Source of the DNA: Selenomonadaceae bacterium | GTDB lineage: Bacteria > Vulcanimicrobiota > Xenobia > Xenobiales > JADMJV01 | NCBI GenBank assembly: GCA_037189585.1 | Contig: JBBCJA010000012.1 | Span: forward strand, 133,332-197,331 | Direction of reading: 5' to 3' | DNA: 64,000 bases | Part shown: positions 47,455 through 55,794 of the stretch, one piece after another | Layout: each line of letters starts with the position of its first letter | Numbering within the stretch: the first letter of the stretch is position 1 | Notes under the pieces: generated by a model | What the model saw: only the letters and a program-made list of their open reading frames with translations | Databases searched by the model: none | What the model was told of the DNA's origin: nothing | Position numbers and translations under genes: made by a program

Positions 47455-48344
47455 CACATGGTCACCGTGATCGGATGGGCCCCTGTCACTTCCTGCCCCC
47501 GATAGCGACACCTCACGGTCAAGTGGGTTGTTCCGGTGGTCGCGTTGGGGTCTCGCCACACGCGCGCGGTTCGACCATTACTGTCGATAGGCTTAATGAT
47601 AAGAGCCCCCGTGCCCAGCAAATCAACCCCCCAAAGACAGACGATGTCGTCAACCACCGTCCCCCCGTTGTCGGTCAAAGTCACGCGATAGTCCGCGGCG
47701 TCGCCAGGTCCCAGGGAAACCGGACCATTGATCAACGCGAAGGTAATTCGAGGGCGAATTTGGCGGACCGGATCTCCAACCAGGGAGACCAAGCGATACT
47801 CCTTGTCACCGTCATAGCGAACGATCACCTGAACCCGACGAAAACTCCTGGGAAAGGTCCGGACCCGCGCGAAAGTGGCGTATTGGCGATCCTTTTGTGG
47901 GTTCTCGAAGTCCTGCGGCAACGGAGGAAGCGGACTGGAAGGTCTCGGGACCGCGGGAGGGTCGTTCGGCGGCATCCACATGTGACTCGCCGGGCTATAG
48001 AGCCCAGGATCCGCGGTGTGAGTCGTGGTAGGGTTTTGTCCGTAGGTGGGCTGGTCAGCGATGATCTCGACCTCAAATCCCGGTGCTTCCGGGTACGGCG
48101 GACGAATCCCCGTGAGGGGGGAAATGGTGCTTTCGAAGTTGCCCGTCGCGCTTTCGGTCGCGGCTCGAAGCTCACCCAACGCCTTTTCCGCCACCAGCGC
48201 GGCCCTTCGCATGTTGCTTCCCTGAGCCTCCCACTTAAGGCTCGCGTCGAAAAGCGCGGTGGCGGCGGCGAAGGCGAAGACCATCAAAAATGCCGCCACG
48301 ACGCCCTCAATCATGAGCACGCCGCGAGGTCGGACCGCTGTCAT
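47454..48344 (-). CDS. pseudopilin-like protein with a C-terminal Ig-like (Big_2-like) domain
   Basis: MTAVRPRG|VLMIEGVVAAFLMVFAFAAA with Glu at +5. The C-terminal ~95 aa are beta-rich (YRVTLTDNGGTVVDDIVCLWGVD..THLTVRCRYRGQEVTGAHPITVT). Confidence 0.5.
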   Translation of the reverse strand: MTAVRPRGVLMIEGVVAAFLMVFAFAAATALFDASLKWEAQGSNMRRAALVAEKALGELRAATESATGNFESTISPLTGIRPPYPEAPGFEVEIIADQPTYGQNPTTTHTADPGLYSPASHMWMPPNDPPAVPRPSSPLPPLPQDFENPQKDRQYATFARVRTFPRSFRRVQVIVRYDGDKEYRLVSLVGDPVRQIRPRITFALINGPVSLGPGDAADYRVTLTDNGGTVVDDIVCLWGVDLLGTGALIIKPIDSNGRTARVWRDPNATTGTTHLTVRCRYRGQEVTGAHPITVTM

Positions 48345-50458
48345 GGGACCCAGATGGCGCGTCGAAAGTCACCCGTGATCAGTCGACTGGTGCCGGTACT
48401 TCCACCCTCGTAGTTACCCACCGTGTTCAATCCGACGAAAAGGGTCGCCTGCGTCGCGAGGTCAACATCGGTGCCGATCGGAGTCCTGTTCAAGATCAGC
48501 CACTGGTTGTCGCTACTGATATTGGGGTAACAGTCATCGAAGCTACCGCTCCCCGCGCTTCCCCCTCCTCCGTCCAAGTCAACGAACATGTTTTGTGAGT
48601 TAGAGGAGGGAGTGGAGGTAAAATCCCCAAAACCACTAGCAGACACGGAGTCAATACTCCCACCGGTTCGATTCACCGGAACACTCATCAAGACCGGGTT
48701 ATAGTTGCCCAGACTAAAAAGCACCCGCTCCTGCCCATGAGCGAAATACCCCACCGGAGCGTAGAGTTCCTCAACAATCGAGGAGGAGATATTCTCCACA
48801 AGAACGCCAGTGCTGGTGGATTCCAAGTTTCTCCAATGGATGCCTTTGGCATGCTCGAAAAACATAAATTTACTGTCTCGACTCCAGCCCGTTCGGCTCC
48901 GAGGGTAAGGCGTACCTAATAGGCTCTGAGTCTGCTCGAACCGCATGGTCCCGTTGACTTTCTTCGTAATCAACTGTCCGCTCGAGTTGTTACGGTAGCT
49001 GACCCAGTCCCCATTGGGAGACAGAGAGACCGAGGTAAAGGCTCCCGCCGCGCCATCATCGACGAAACTTGGCGTTCCTCCATCGAGGGGCCTGATCATA
49101 ACTCGAGTTCCACCTCCCGTATGGCGGAGAAAAGCCATCTTTGTTCCCGTGCTGTTGAGACTGGCCAAGGTCTCGGAGATTCCCGGTGGCGACAAAAGGC
49201 GAAAGTTACTCCCGTCAGGGTTCATCTGAACCAACTGCCAGATTCCTCCCACCAGCTTCTCCACGATCAGCTTACCTCGTGGAGAGACCTCGAAGACGAC
49301 CGGCTGAGGCGGGTTAAGAATCTCGCACTGCCCGCTGGCATCCTTGACGTCCACCTCGATCGAATAGCGGTCTTCGGGCTCTGAATTGAAAGGAACAGTC
49401 CAGCCCCAACGAGCCCGAAACACCCCACCCGGAGGGGTGAATGAGTTGCCATCGGCGGTGACCCAGTCGATGCCGGGAGGCGCCACATTGACAAACTCCA
49501 TCCGCTCGACTTCCGACTCAAGCACAGCCCCATCTCCAGCTCCGCCATCCGGATAAGTGAAGATCCCCTTCAGATTCGGCTGCTTCCATTTGGCGAACAG
49601 TCCACGGCCTTCGGGATCGTAAGCATAAACTTCCAGAGTGACGTACTGACCGGGGACACATTGACCCTCGGTTCCCGGTCCGCCCACCCTGGGCGTCACT
49701 TTGATCTCGGAAATATACACCCCGCCGGAGTCGTCGAATGCGGTCGTCTGAGCCGGTTGAGAAATCGGGGCGGTACCGCCGCTGGAAGTGGGAAGCGTTC
49801 CGCTGGGCACGCCTGTCACGATCTCAATGCCCCCATAGGGACTAACCATAAGCGTCATCGGCTCGTTTCCGGCGTTCACGCTTCCCAAAGAAGCTTGCAA
49901 GCGACTGCCGACCACAACCGGATAGCGGCCGTTGACCGACTTGAGATTTTGACCTACCAACCCTCCATCCGGGGTGAAGCAGAAAACGTAGTCGTTCGCA
50001 TAATCGCTAGGAAGCCAAGTAGCCAGGGTGAAACCCGCGAGTTTAGAGGCACTGTTGACGGGCGCTGTGGCGGAGGCCGCTCCGGGCCAATCGCCGGCGA
50101 CGAATCCAATCCCGGGATAGTCACCCGAGAACCCTTTGACCCAGGTGAGATTGGGATAATTCCAACCTTCGAGACGATAGATAGAAGCCGCCACAGGTCG
50201 AGCACCATTACCGGTGGGCATACCCAAGGCCACCGGATGGCCGCTCGAGATGGCGAGCTGCCGAGCCGCCGAAAGTTCTTCCTCCAGTGCCATGGCTAGT
50301 CCCCGTGTCGGGCCTTTCGCCTTGGCCGGTCGAAGAGCCGACAAGGACATTCCCGCCAGAATCACCAGCAACACGAGAGTGAACATGACTTCTGTGAGGG
50401 TAAACCCCCGACGAGCATAAGTACGCACGTACATAATATAACACAACCCCCTGTTCAT
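48341..50458 (-). CDS. giant pseudopilin: prepilin N-terminus + GspH/FimT-like domain + TolB-like beta-propeller
   Basis: ARRG|FTLTEVMFTLVLLVILAG (Glu+5). LSAARQLAISSGHPVAL is GspH-like. C-terminal PD40-type repeats: LVQMNPDGSNFRLLS, GTKMAFLRH, SLSPNGDWVSYRN. An alternative start is the ATG at 50434. Confidence 0.65.
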   Translation of the reverse strand: MNRGLCYIMYVRTYARRGFTLTEVMFTLVLLVILAGMSLSALRPAKAKGPTRGLAMALEEELSAARQLAISSGHPVALGMPTGNGARPVAASIYRLEGWNYPNLTWVKGFSGDYPGIGFVAGDWPGAASATAPVNSASKLAGFTLATWLPSDYANDYVFCFTPDGGLVGQNLKSVNGRYPVVVGSRLQASLGSVNAGNEPMTLMVSPYGGIEIVTGVPSGTLPTSSGGTAPISQPAQTTAFDDSGGVYISEIKVTPRVGGPGTEGQCVPGQYVTLEVYAYDPEGRGLFAKWKQPNLKGIFTYPDGGAGDGAVLESEVERMEFVNVAPPGIDWVTADGNSFTPPGGVFRARWGWTVPFNSEPEDRYSIEVDVKDASGQCEILNPPQPVVFEVSPRGKLIVEKLVGGIWQLVQMNPDGSNFRLLSPPGISETLASLNSTGTKMAFLRHTGGGTRVMIRPLDGGTPSFVDDGAAGAFTSVSLSPNGDWVSYRNNSSGQLITKKVNGTMRFEQTQSLLGTPYPRSRTGWSRDSKFMFFEHAKGIHWRNLESTSTGVLVENISSSIVEELYAPVGYFAHGQERVLFSLGNYNPVLMSVPVNRTGGSIDSVSASGFGDFTSTPSSNSQNMFVDLDGGGGSAGSGSFDDCYPNISSDNQWLILNRTPIGTDVDLATQATLFVGLNTVGNYEGGSTGTSRLITGDFRRAIWVP

Positions 50459-50571
50459 GACCTTCTAAGAGTTAGAACTGAATCAGCTCCGGAATCACCC
50501 TTTCCAGGGACATCCATAAATTGTCGAAATGTAAACAAAGGAACGAGCTGGCCGAAAAGAAACATTTCCAA

Positions 50572-51231
50572 ATGCCCAAGTACCGCTTCGCCGTGCGCTC
50601 CAAGGAAGGAAAACTTCGTACCGGGACCGTGACCGAGGCCTCCGCCGAGGCCGCCAAAGAACGGCTGACCCAGGCCGGATTCACCATCGTCACCCTGACC
50701 GAAGAGAGCGAACTGGTGATTCACCAGTCGACGCCCTCGGCTGGTGGTGGCCCTTCCACGGGGCACAAAACCGAGCGCGCGGCGATCCTGGAGTTCGAAA
50801 CCACGGCCTGGGAAAGGTTCAGCGAGTTCCTGGGGCGCTGGGTCTTCCGCAAAGAGATCGCCGTCGTTCTCTTTCTCTGCGGCTTCTCCGTGGCCGCTTA
50901 CAAATTCGTGACCGCTCCCAAAAAAGTCCAGGACGCCGAACCCGAATATCTTCCCTACAGTGTGACTGTGGAGATCGATTCCGGCGCGATCGAGGGCGAG
51001 AGTTTCGTGGTGGTCCTGCCCGAGATCCCTCTTCGGCTCGAGCAGAAAGTCAGCGAGGGGAAAGCTGTATCCTCGGACTTTGAATCGCTGAAAAGGCCGA
51101 CCAAGATCGAAGTCAGTCTTCTGAACCTCCACGATGAGGTCGTGGCCAAAGGTGAGGGCTCCCTCTCCCCACGTAAAGAGGGCGTCCTGGCCGGCACCGT
51201 TGCTCTCGATCCGGTCAAAGCAAAGCCATGA
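50572..51231 (+). CDS. bitopic protein with a stand-alone GspF/PilC N-terminal-like domain
   Basis: MPKYRFAVRSKEGKLRTGTVTEASAEAAKERLTQAGFTIVTLTEE follows the M-x-x-F/Y-x-Y..G..G..A.S...A...L...G pattern found at GspF/PilC N-termini. One TM helix follows (IAVVLFLCGFSVAAYKFV), then a ~105-aa beta-rich domain. Third-position GC strongly favours this strand over the 50455-51234 minus ORF. Confidence 0.6.
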   Translation: MPKYRFAVRSKEGKLRTGTVTEASAEAAKERLTQAGFTIVTLTEESELVIHQSTPSAGGGPSTGHKTERAAILEFETTAWERFSEFLGRWVFRKEIAVVLFLCGFSVAAYKFVTAPKKVQDAEPEYLPYSVTVEIDSGAIEGESFVVVLPEIPLRLEQKVSEGKAVSSDFESLKRPTKIEVSLLNLHDEVVAKGEGSLSPRKEGVLAGTVALDPVKAKP

Positions 51232-51237
51232 CATAAG

Positions 51238-52386
51238 CTACTGGCCCAAACTACCGATATGGGAATAGAGGGGAGTGAAGATCGACAACAGCACAAAGCC
51301 CACGATGCTCGCGACGAACCCCAAGAGCAACGGCTCCAAGGCGGCTCCCAAGGCCTCCACCTTATAGTTGACTTCTTCGTCGAGCATGCGGCTGGCCTCG
51401 CCCATCATCCGAGAGAGCTGAGATGTCTCCTCGCCAGTGGCCACGAACTGCCCGAAAGCACTGGGGAACAGATCGACTCGCGTTATGATGTAGTCCGACA
51501 TAGGGTCGCCTTCCTTGACCCGCTCCACGAGTTCTCGCGAGGCGACCTTCATGATCGGGTTACCCGACCCCTCACCCCCCAAAAGCAAGGTTTTCTGAAG
51601 ACCAAGACCCGATTCCATCAGGGTCTCGATAGCGCCGGAGAAGCGGGCTACCGAGGTGAGTCGGACCAGGTATCCAGCTAGCGGAATCTGATGAATCATC
51701 TGGAAAAGTCGACACCGACCTTCCTCCGTCTTCCACTGCTCTCTGACCAATCCATGAACGGCCACTCCGAGTGCGGTCAGCACCAACCAGACACCAGGAT
51801 TCTGAGAGGCATCGGTCATGGCGACCATGATCTTAGTGAAAATCGGCAACGGAATCTTCATGTCGTTGAAGATTCCCAAGAAATTCGGCAAAATCGAATA
51901 GAAGAGAAAGAAAGTCAAGATCCCGGTGAGGCCTAGAATAAACATCGGGTAAGACAGCGCGCTTTTGACCTGGCGGGTCAATTCGTAGTCGCGCTCACGC
52001 CAACCAGCCAACCTTTCCAACGTGCCGTCGAGCTGTCCGGTTTCCTCGCCGATGGCGACCATGGCCTGGAAAGTGGTATCGAAAACACCCGGATAATAAG
52101 ACATGGCCTGGGAGAGCTTATGCCCCTCGCCCACCAGTTTAGAGACGCGAGCGATAACCTGACCCAAATTGGGATTTTCCGGCTGATGAGACAAGGTATC
52201 CAGAGCGAAAGTCACTGGAATACCGCTACGGATCATAGTGGCGAACTGGCGAACGAAAAGAACAAGGTCGCGAGAACCGACCTTCACCTCTTTTTGACGC
52301 CGCTTTGTGCCTTTACGCTGTTCGTTCTGACTCAAGGCTACATTCCTCACCAGACTCGAGGCAGAGATCACCGACGAGCCCCCCAA
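51238..52386 (-). CDS. gspF: type II secretion / type IV pilus platform protein (GspF/PilC family)
   Basis: Two T2SSF repeats (FVRQFATMIRSGIPVTFALDTL.. and FSGAIETLMESGLGLQKTL..) and three TM helices. There is no ATG before the conserved core. Candidate starts are TTG at 52386 or TTG at 52332, the latter preceded by GGTGAGGA. Confidence 0.8.
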   Translation of the reverse strand: MGGSSVISASSLVRNVALSQNEQRKGTKRRQKEVKVGSRDLVLFVRQFATMIRSGIPVTFALDTLSHQPENPNLGQVIARVSKLVGEGHKLSQAMSYYPGVFDTTFQAMVAIGEETGQLDGTLERLAGWRERDYELTRQVKSALSYPMFILGLTGILTFFLFYSILPNFLGIFNDMKIPLPIFTKIMVAMTDASQNPGVWLVLTALGVAVHGLVREQWKTEEGRCRLFQMIHQIPLAGYLVRLTSVARFSGAIETLMESGLGLQKTLLLGGEGSGNPIMKVASRELVERVKEGDPMSDYIITRVDLFPSAFGQFVATGEETSQLSRMMGEASRMLDEEVNYKVEALGAALEPLLLGFVASIVGFVLLSIFTPLYSHIGSLGQ

Positions 52387-52398
52387 AAGAGCAATAAT

Positions 52399-52419
52399 GA
52401 AGTGTCACGTCGACACTTC
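52399..52419. repeat. perfect 8-bp inverted repeat (hairpin) at the 5' edge of gspF
   Basis: GAAGTGTC-ACGTC-GACACTTC. On the minus strand it is followed by ATTATTGCTCTTTTG. Confidence 0.5.
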
Positions 52420-52637
52420 CACCAACGACGAGCGACCTTAGAGCACAGTGAGAAAGCTTACAGCTTCGACCAGCTCTCTTGTTAAATTGACTCCTCGTTC
52501 TTGGGAATCCTGTGTCCTCGCTGGAGAGAACATCATGAGAGCTTATCTCGAAGTGCTGACAAACTAGAGTCCAGCGATGGAATCAAAGTGGAAAATCGTC
52601 CTTTTTGAGCCCTCTAATCCAAACACTGCGTAACCGT

Positions 52638-54011
52638 TTAGGCAGACCGAGGATCAACCTCACAGTAGCGGGCGGAGAAATTGGCGACTTCCTCGGCACA
52701 TTCGGCCACCAGCCCTCGATACTGCTGACTGGCCACTCGCAAATGAATCGCGGCCACTCCAAGACCCAGCAACTTGATCGTCCAGGGCACCAGCAGCACC
52801 GCTGTCCCAAACCCCAAGCCCGCGCCGAGAGCCCAGTCTAACCTGGAGGGCCGGCCCCGGTGCCCCTCGAGCGCTTGTCTGAGTTCCCGTAAACATGGGG
52901 CCAACGTCTCGATCTCCCGGCGGGCCTGCTCGATGTGTAAGGGCTGCACCTCGACCTCCAGGCCCGTCAAATTGGCTGCCATATGATCGGCGTTGATATA
53001 AACATCGACCGCGATGGGGGCCGATATCCCCAAATTTCGCCGACCCACCACCACGCCGTGCCGGACCAACACGACTCGGCTGGCGGTGACCAGCGGACGA
53101 AGCCGAGTCGTACCGGTTCGCGAGGTCTGCGAGGTCCGCGACTCCTTCTGAAAACGAAAGGCGACCCGAAGCAGACTCGAGCCGGCCGTTCCCGGAACGA
53201 TGTCGGGCAAAAAGAAGGGCCGTGGGTCCAGAAAACGATCTCGAAACTTCGAGTTTTGACTGGTGGAAAGTCCCTCTGGCCAGCTCACAGGAGGGAACTC
53301 GCTGGAAGTCATGCCCAGAGCGACGGCCAGGAACGCCTCGCTCTCGATACCGGCCAAACTGTCGGCCCGAGCCAGGTCGTCAAGCCTGGTCCCGTCTAAA
53401 AAGAGCGGAATGGGACAAGCGCGCGCACGGGCCAGAAGAACTTCATGTTCGGTCTGAATGGCCGCGCCGAATCTCACGAGTCCACCCAGCTTGCCGACCT
53501 GCCCAGGTGGATAAGCGATCCCTAGAAGCAGGTCGCTGGTCGTCGCTTCGGGATCAAGCGGCGCCGCGATCTCCAAACTGACCTCGCCATGGTTGGCTAG
53601 GATCCAATGAATCGCCTTTCCCTGGGTTACTCTCGCGACCCAGGGACGGTCCTGGGCCAATCCGAGAACTCGAAGCGCCGTGGCCAACTCTTCCACTCCG
53701 GGCTGGGCCGCGACTTGAGCCTGAGTCAAACTCAACTCGAAAGCCCTTAAGTCTAGCTGGAAAGGCAAAGAGAAAGTCATGTGGGTCGCCTTGCCCGTCT
53801 GAACGATTCGAAGCTCGGACGCTTTCGCGCGACAAGCCGACTGGACGACTTTAAGAATCCAATCCGCGGGTTCGGGCAACAGACTGCGAGCAAGCTTTCC
53901 AGCCGCTCGTTTTCCGGCCAGAGTGAAAACTCCCTGAGAATCGAGCTGGCCGGCCTCCTCAAAGGAGAGGATCAGGTTCTCGAGTCCGCCTTGTCCGCCA
54001 GATAAACCCAC
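52638..54011 (-). CDS. uncharacterised protein, copy B of the two-member family, with a C-terminal TM hairpin
   Basis: GTG start. It shares the GQLDSQGVFTL, LPEP, VQ..AS and VRHGVVVGRR blocks with 13332-14594. The C-terminal hydrophobic stretch is LGAGLGFGTAVLLVPWTIKLLGLGVAAIHL. Confidence 0.6.
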   Translation of the reverse strand: MGLSGGQGGLENLILSFEEAGQLDSQGVFTLAGKRAAGKLARSLLPEPADWILKVVQSACRAKASELRIVQTGKATHMTFSLPFQLDLRAFELSLTQAQVAAQPGVEELATALRVLGLAQDRPWVARVTQGKAIHWILANHGEVSLEIAAPLDPEATTSDLLLGIAYPPGQVGKLGGLVRFGAAIQTEHEVLLARARACPIPLFLDGTRLDDLARADSLAGIESEAFLAVALGMTSSEFPPVSWPEGLSTSQNSKFRDRFLDPRPFFLPDIVPGTAGSSLLRVAFRFQKESRTSQTSRTGTTRLRPLVTASRVVLVRHGVVVGRRNLGISAPIAVDVYINADHMAANLTGLEVEVQPLHIEQARREIETLAPCLRELRQALEGHRGRPSRLDWALGAGLGFGTAVLLVPWTIKLLGLGVAAIHLRVASQQYRGLVAECAEEVANFSARYCEVDPRSA

Positions 54012-54051
54012 CGCGTTTCAAACTTCGGCGAATGATGGCGCGGCTCCGCTT

Positions 54052-54729
54052 TTACTTTCGCGTCAACAGCTTCAGCAAAACCGCTACCATGACAAAGAGA
54101 AATAGCGCGAATCCCAAAGCGGTCGCGATGTACCACGGCCAGGGGCCCATAAAGTCCACCACCGAGGAGCCTTCCGGTTTGGCCCTCAGGTAACCGTAGT
54201 TCCATCCGAAAAGGGCGTCGAGGGCGCCGACGACTCCCGTATAGAGGAGAAGGCCTCCGAAGGCTTGGCCGGCCCTTAGAAAGGTCGCCAAGTCGAGATG
54301 GTTGTTCTTTCCAATCAGAAAGAAGACTCCGATGACGATCACCGAGTGCCCCACAAAGAACAGAAAGTACTCCTTGCTGGGGAATCCGTGCAAAAGGTCC
54401 GGCGTGATCATAGCCTGCAATGTACCAGCCAGGCCCCAGTAGGTCACCATCACCAAGGCCCAGGGCTCGGGACGGAAAAAGCAGAGGACACTCAGCAGAA
54501 AAGCGATGTCGCAAAGCCAGAGCGGAAGGTCGTTGTCAGCTTGAAATCCGTCGTCGAGACGAATTAGCCACAGAGTCACGGCGAGAACGGCGAAGATCGT
54601 CCCGCCGACTCGACCCCAAAGGTCCGCCCTCGCTCCTCGCGCCATGAGATAGGCAAGCCAGGAACAGACGGCAACAGCTACCAGAGCCGCCCCATGGTCG
54701 ACTCCGAATAGGACAAACTGCGGCTTCAC
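54052..54729 (-). CDS. polytopic integral membrane protein (YwaF/TIGR02206-like, tentative)
   Basis: About 7 TM helices and a GTG start. The family guess is from memory of the overall pattern only. Confidence 0.5.
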   Translation of the reverse strand: MKPQFVLFGVDHGAALVAVAVCSWLAYLMARGARADLWGRVGGTIFAVLAVTLWLIRLDDGFQADNDLPLWLCDIAFLLSVLCFFRPEPWALVMVTYWGLAGTLQAMITPDLLHGFPSKEYFLFFVGHSVIVIGVFFLIGKNNHLDLATFLRAGQAFGGLLLYTGVVGALDALFGWNYGYLRAKPEGSSVVDFMGPWPWYIATALGFALFLFVMVAVLLKLLTRK

Positions 54730-54825
54730 GCTCTGGACTTCTTCCGGCGGGAAGGCTCCTTCCTGCCCTGTGGGAAATCCTTACCTAGAGAATCATCTTT
54801 AGAGTCTTGACTAAGGAGTCTTTCA

Positions 54826-55716
54826 ATGCGCTGGGAAGGACGTCGCGAAAGCGAGAACGTGATCGATCAGACCGGGGGCGGCTACTCTGGCGGTAGAAGC
54901 GGCGGCGGGCGCGGAATGCGCCTTCTCGGAGGCGGAGGCGTGGGGACGCTCGCCATCGCGGGGTTGCTCTTCTTTCTCGGTTTTTCCCCCGGACAGATCC
55001 TCGGTATTATCGCCGGCGGAGGAAATGGTGGTACTCACGTCTCAGCACCGGCGTCACGGGGTAGTACCGCCGATCCGGAGAAGAAGAAGTTTGTCTCCGT
55101 GGTCCTGGCCGACACCGAGGAGGTGTGGAAAGAGCTCTGCGCCCAGAAAGGGATCACCTACAAGGAGCCTCACCTGGTCCTGTTCGACAACGCGGTGGAT
55201 TCGGCATGCGGCTACGCCAGCGCCGCGGTCGGGCCGTTCTACTGCCCGCCCGACCAGAATCTCTACCTCGACCTTAGCTTCTTCGACCAGCTTTCCCGGG
55301 ACCTTAACGCGCCAGGAGATTTTGCTCAAGCTTACGTGATCGGACATGAGGTCGGGCACCACATTCAGAACCTTACTGGTGTCTTGTCCAAGTCCGACCG
55401 AGCCAAGCGCGGCATGTCGGAAAAAGAAGCCAACGCCCTGCAGGTTCGAGTGGAACTGCAAGCTGACTACTACGCCGGCGTGTGGGCCCATCACGCTCAA
55501 AAGCGCTTCAATATTCTCGAACCCGGCGATATCGACGAGGCCCTGCGCGCGGCAAGCTCCATCGGGGACGACACACTGCAAAAGAAAAGTCGTGGTTACG
55601 TCGTGCCGGACGCCTTCACCCACGGCACCTCCGAGCAACGAACTCGCTGGTTCAAGCGCGGCTTCGAGCGAGGCGACTGGGAGGGCGGCGACACCTTCAG
55701 TCCTGCCCGACCTTGA
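54826..55716 (+). CDS. ypfJ: YpfJ-type neutral zinc metallopeptidase
   Basis: MRWEGRRESENVIDQ.. at the N-terminus, one TM helix, FYCPPDQNLYLD, and HEVGHHIQN (HExxH). Confidence 0.85.
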   Translation: MRWEGRRESENVIDQTGGGYSGGRSGGGRGMRLLGGGGVGTLAIAGLLFFLGFSPGQILGIIAGGGNGGTHVSAPASRGSTADPEKKKFVSVVLADTEEVWKELCAQKGITYKEPHLVLFDNAVDSACGYASAAVGPFYCPPDQNLYLDLSFFDQLSRDLNAPGDFAQAYVIGHEVGHHIQNLTGVLSKSDRAKRGMSEKEANALQVRVELQADYYAGVWAHHAQKRFNILEPGDIDEALRAASSIGDDTLQKKSRGYVVPDAFTHGTSEQRTRWFKRGFERGDWEGGDTFSPARP

Positions 55717-55794
55717 CGATCTGTTCTTTTTTTGTTCGCAATTCCGGGAAACACTTCCGCTAAATTCTAGTCATTAGAATTTTCGGAGGAATCC

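Noticed and set aside
50455-51234. A 259-aa minus-strand ORF fully overlapping the plus-strand 50572-51231 gene. It would keep the whole locus on one strand.
   Set aside because: Third-position GC and amino-acid composition clearly favour the plus strand. The minus product is Gly/Arg/Leu/Phe-rich with no TM or domain logic, so it is a typical GC-rich shadow ORF.
52438-52536. A 32-aa minus-strand ORF (MMFSPARTQDSQERGVNLTRELVEAVSFLTVL) in the spacer upstream of gspF.
   Set aside because: It has no RBS, no hydrophobic or Cys pattern, and poor codon bias, so it probably occurs by chance in an AT-richer spacer.
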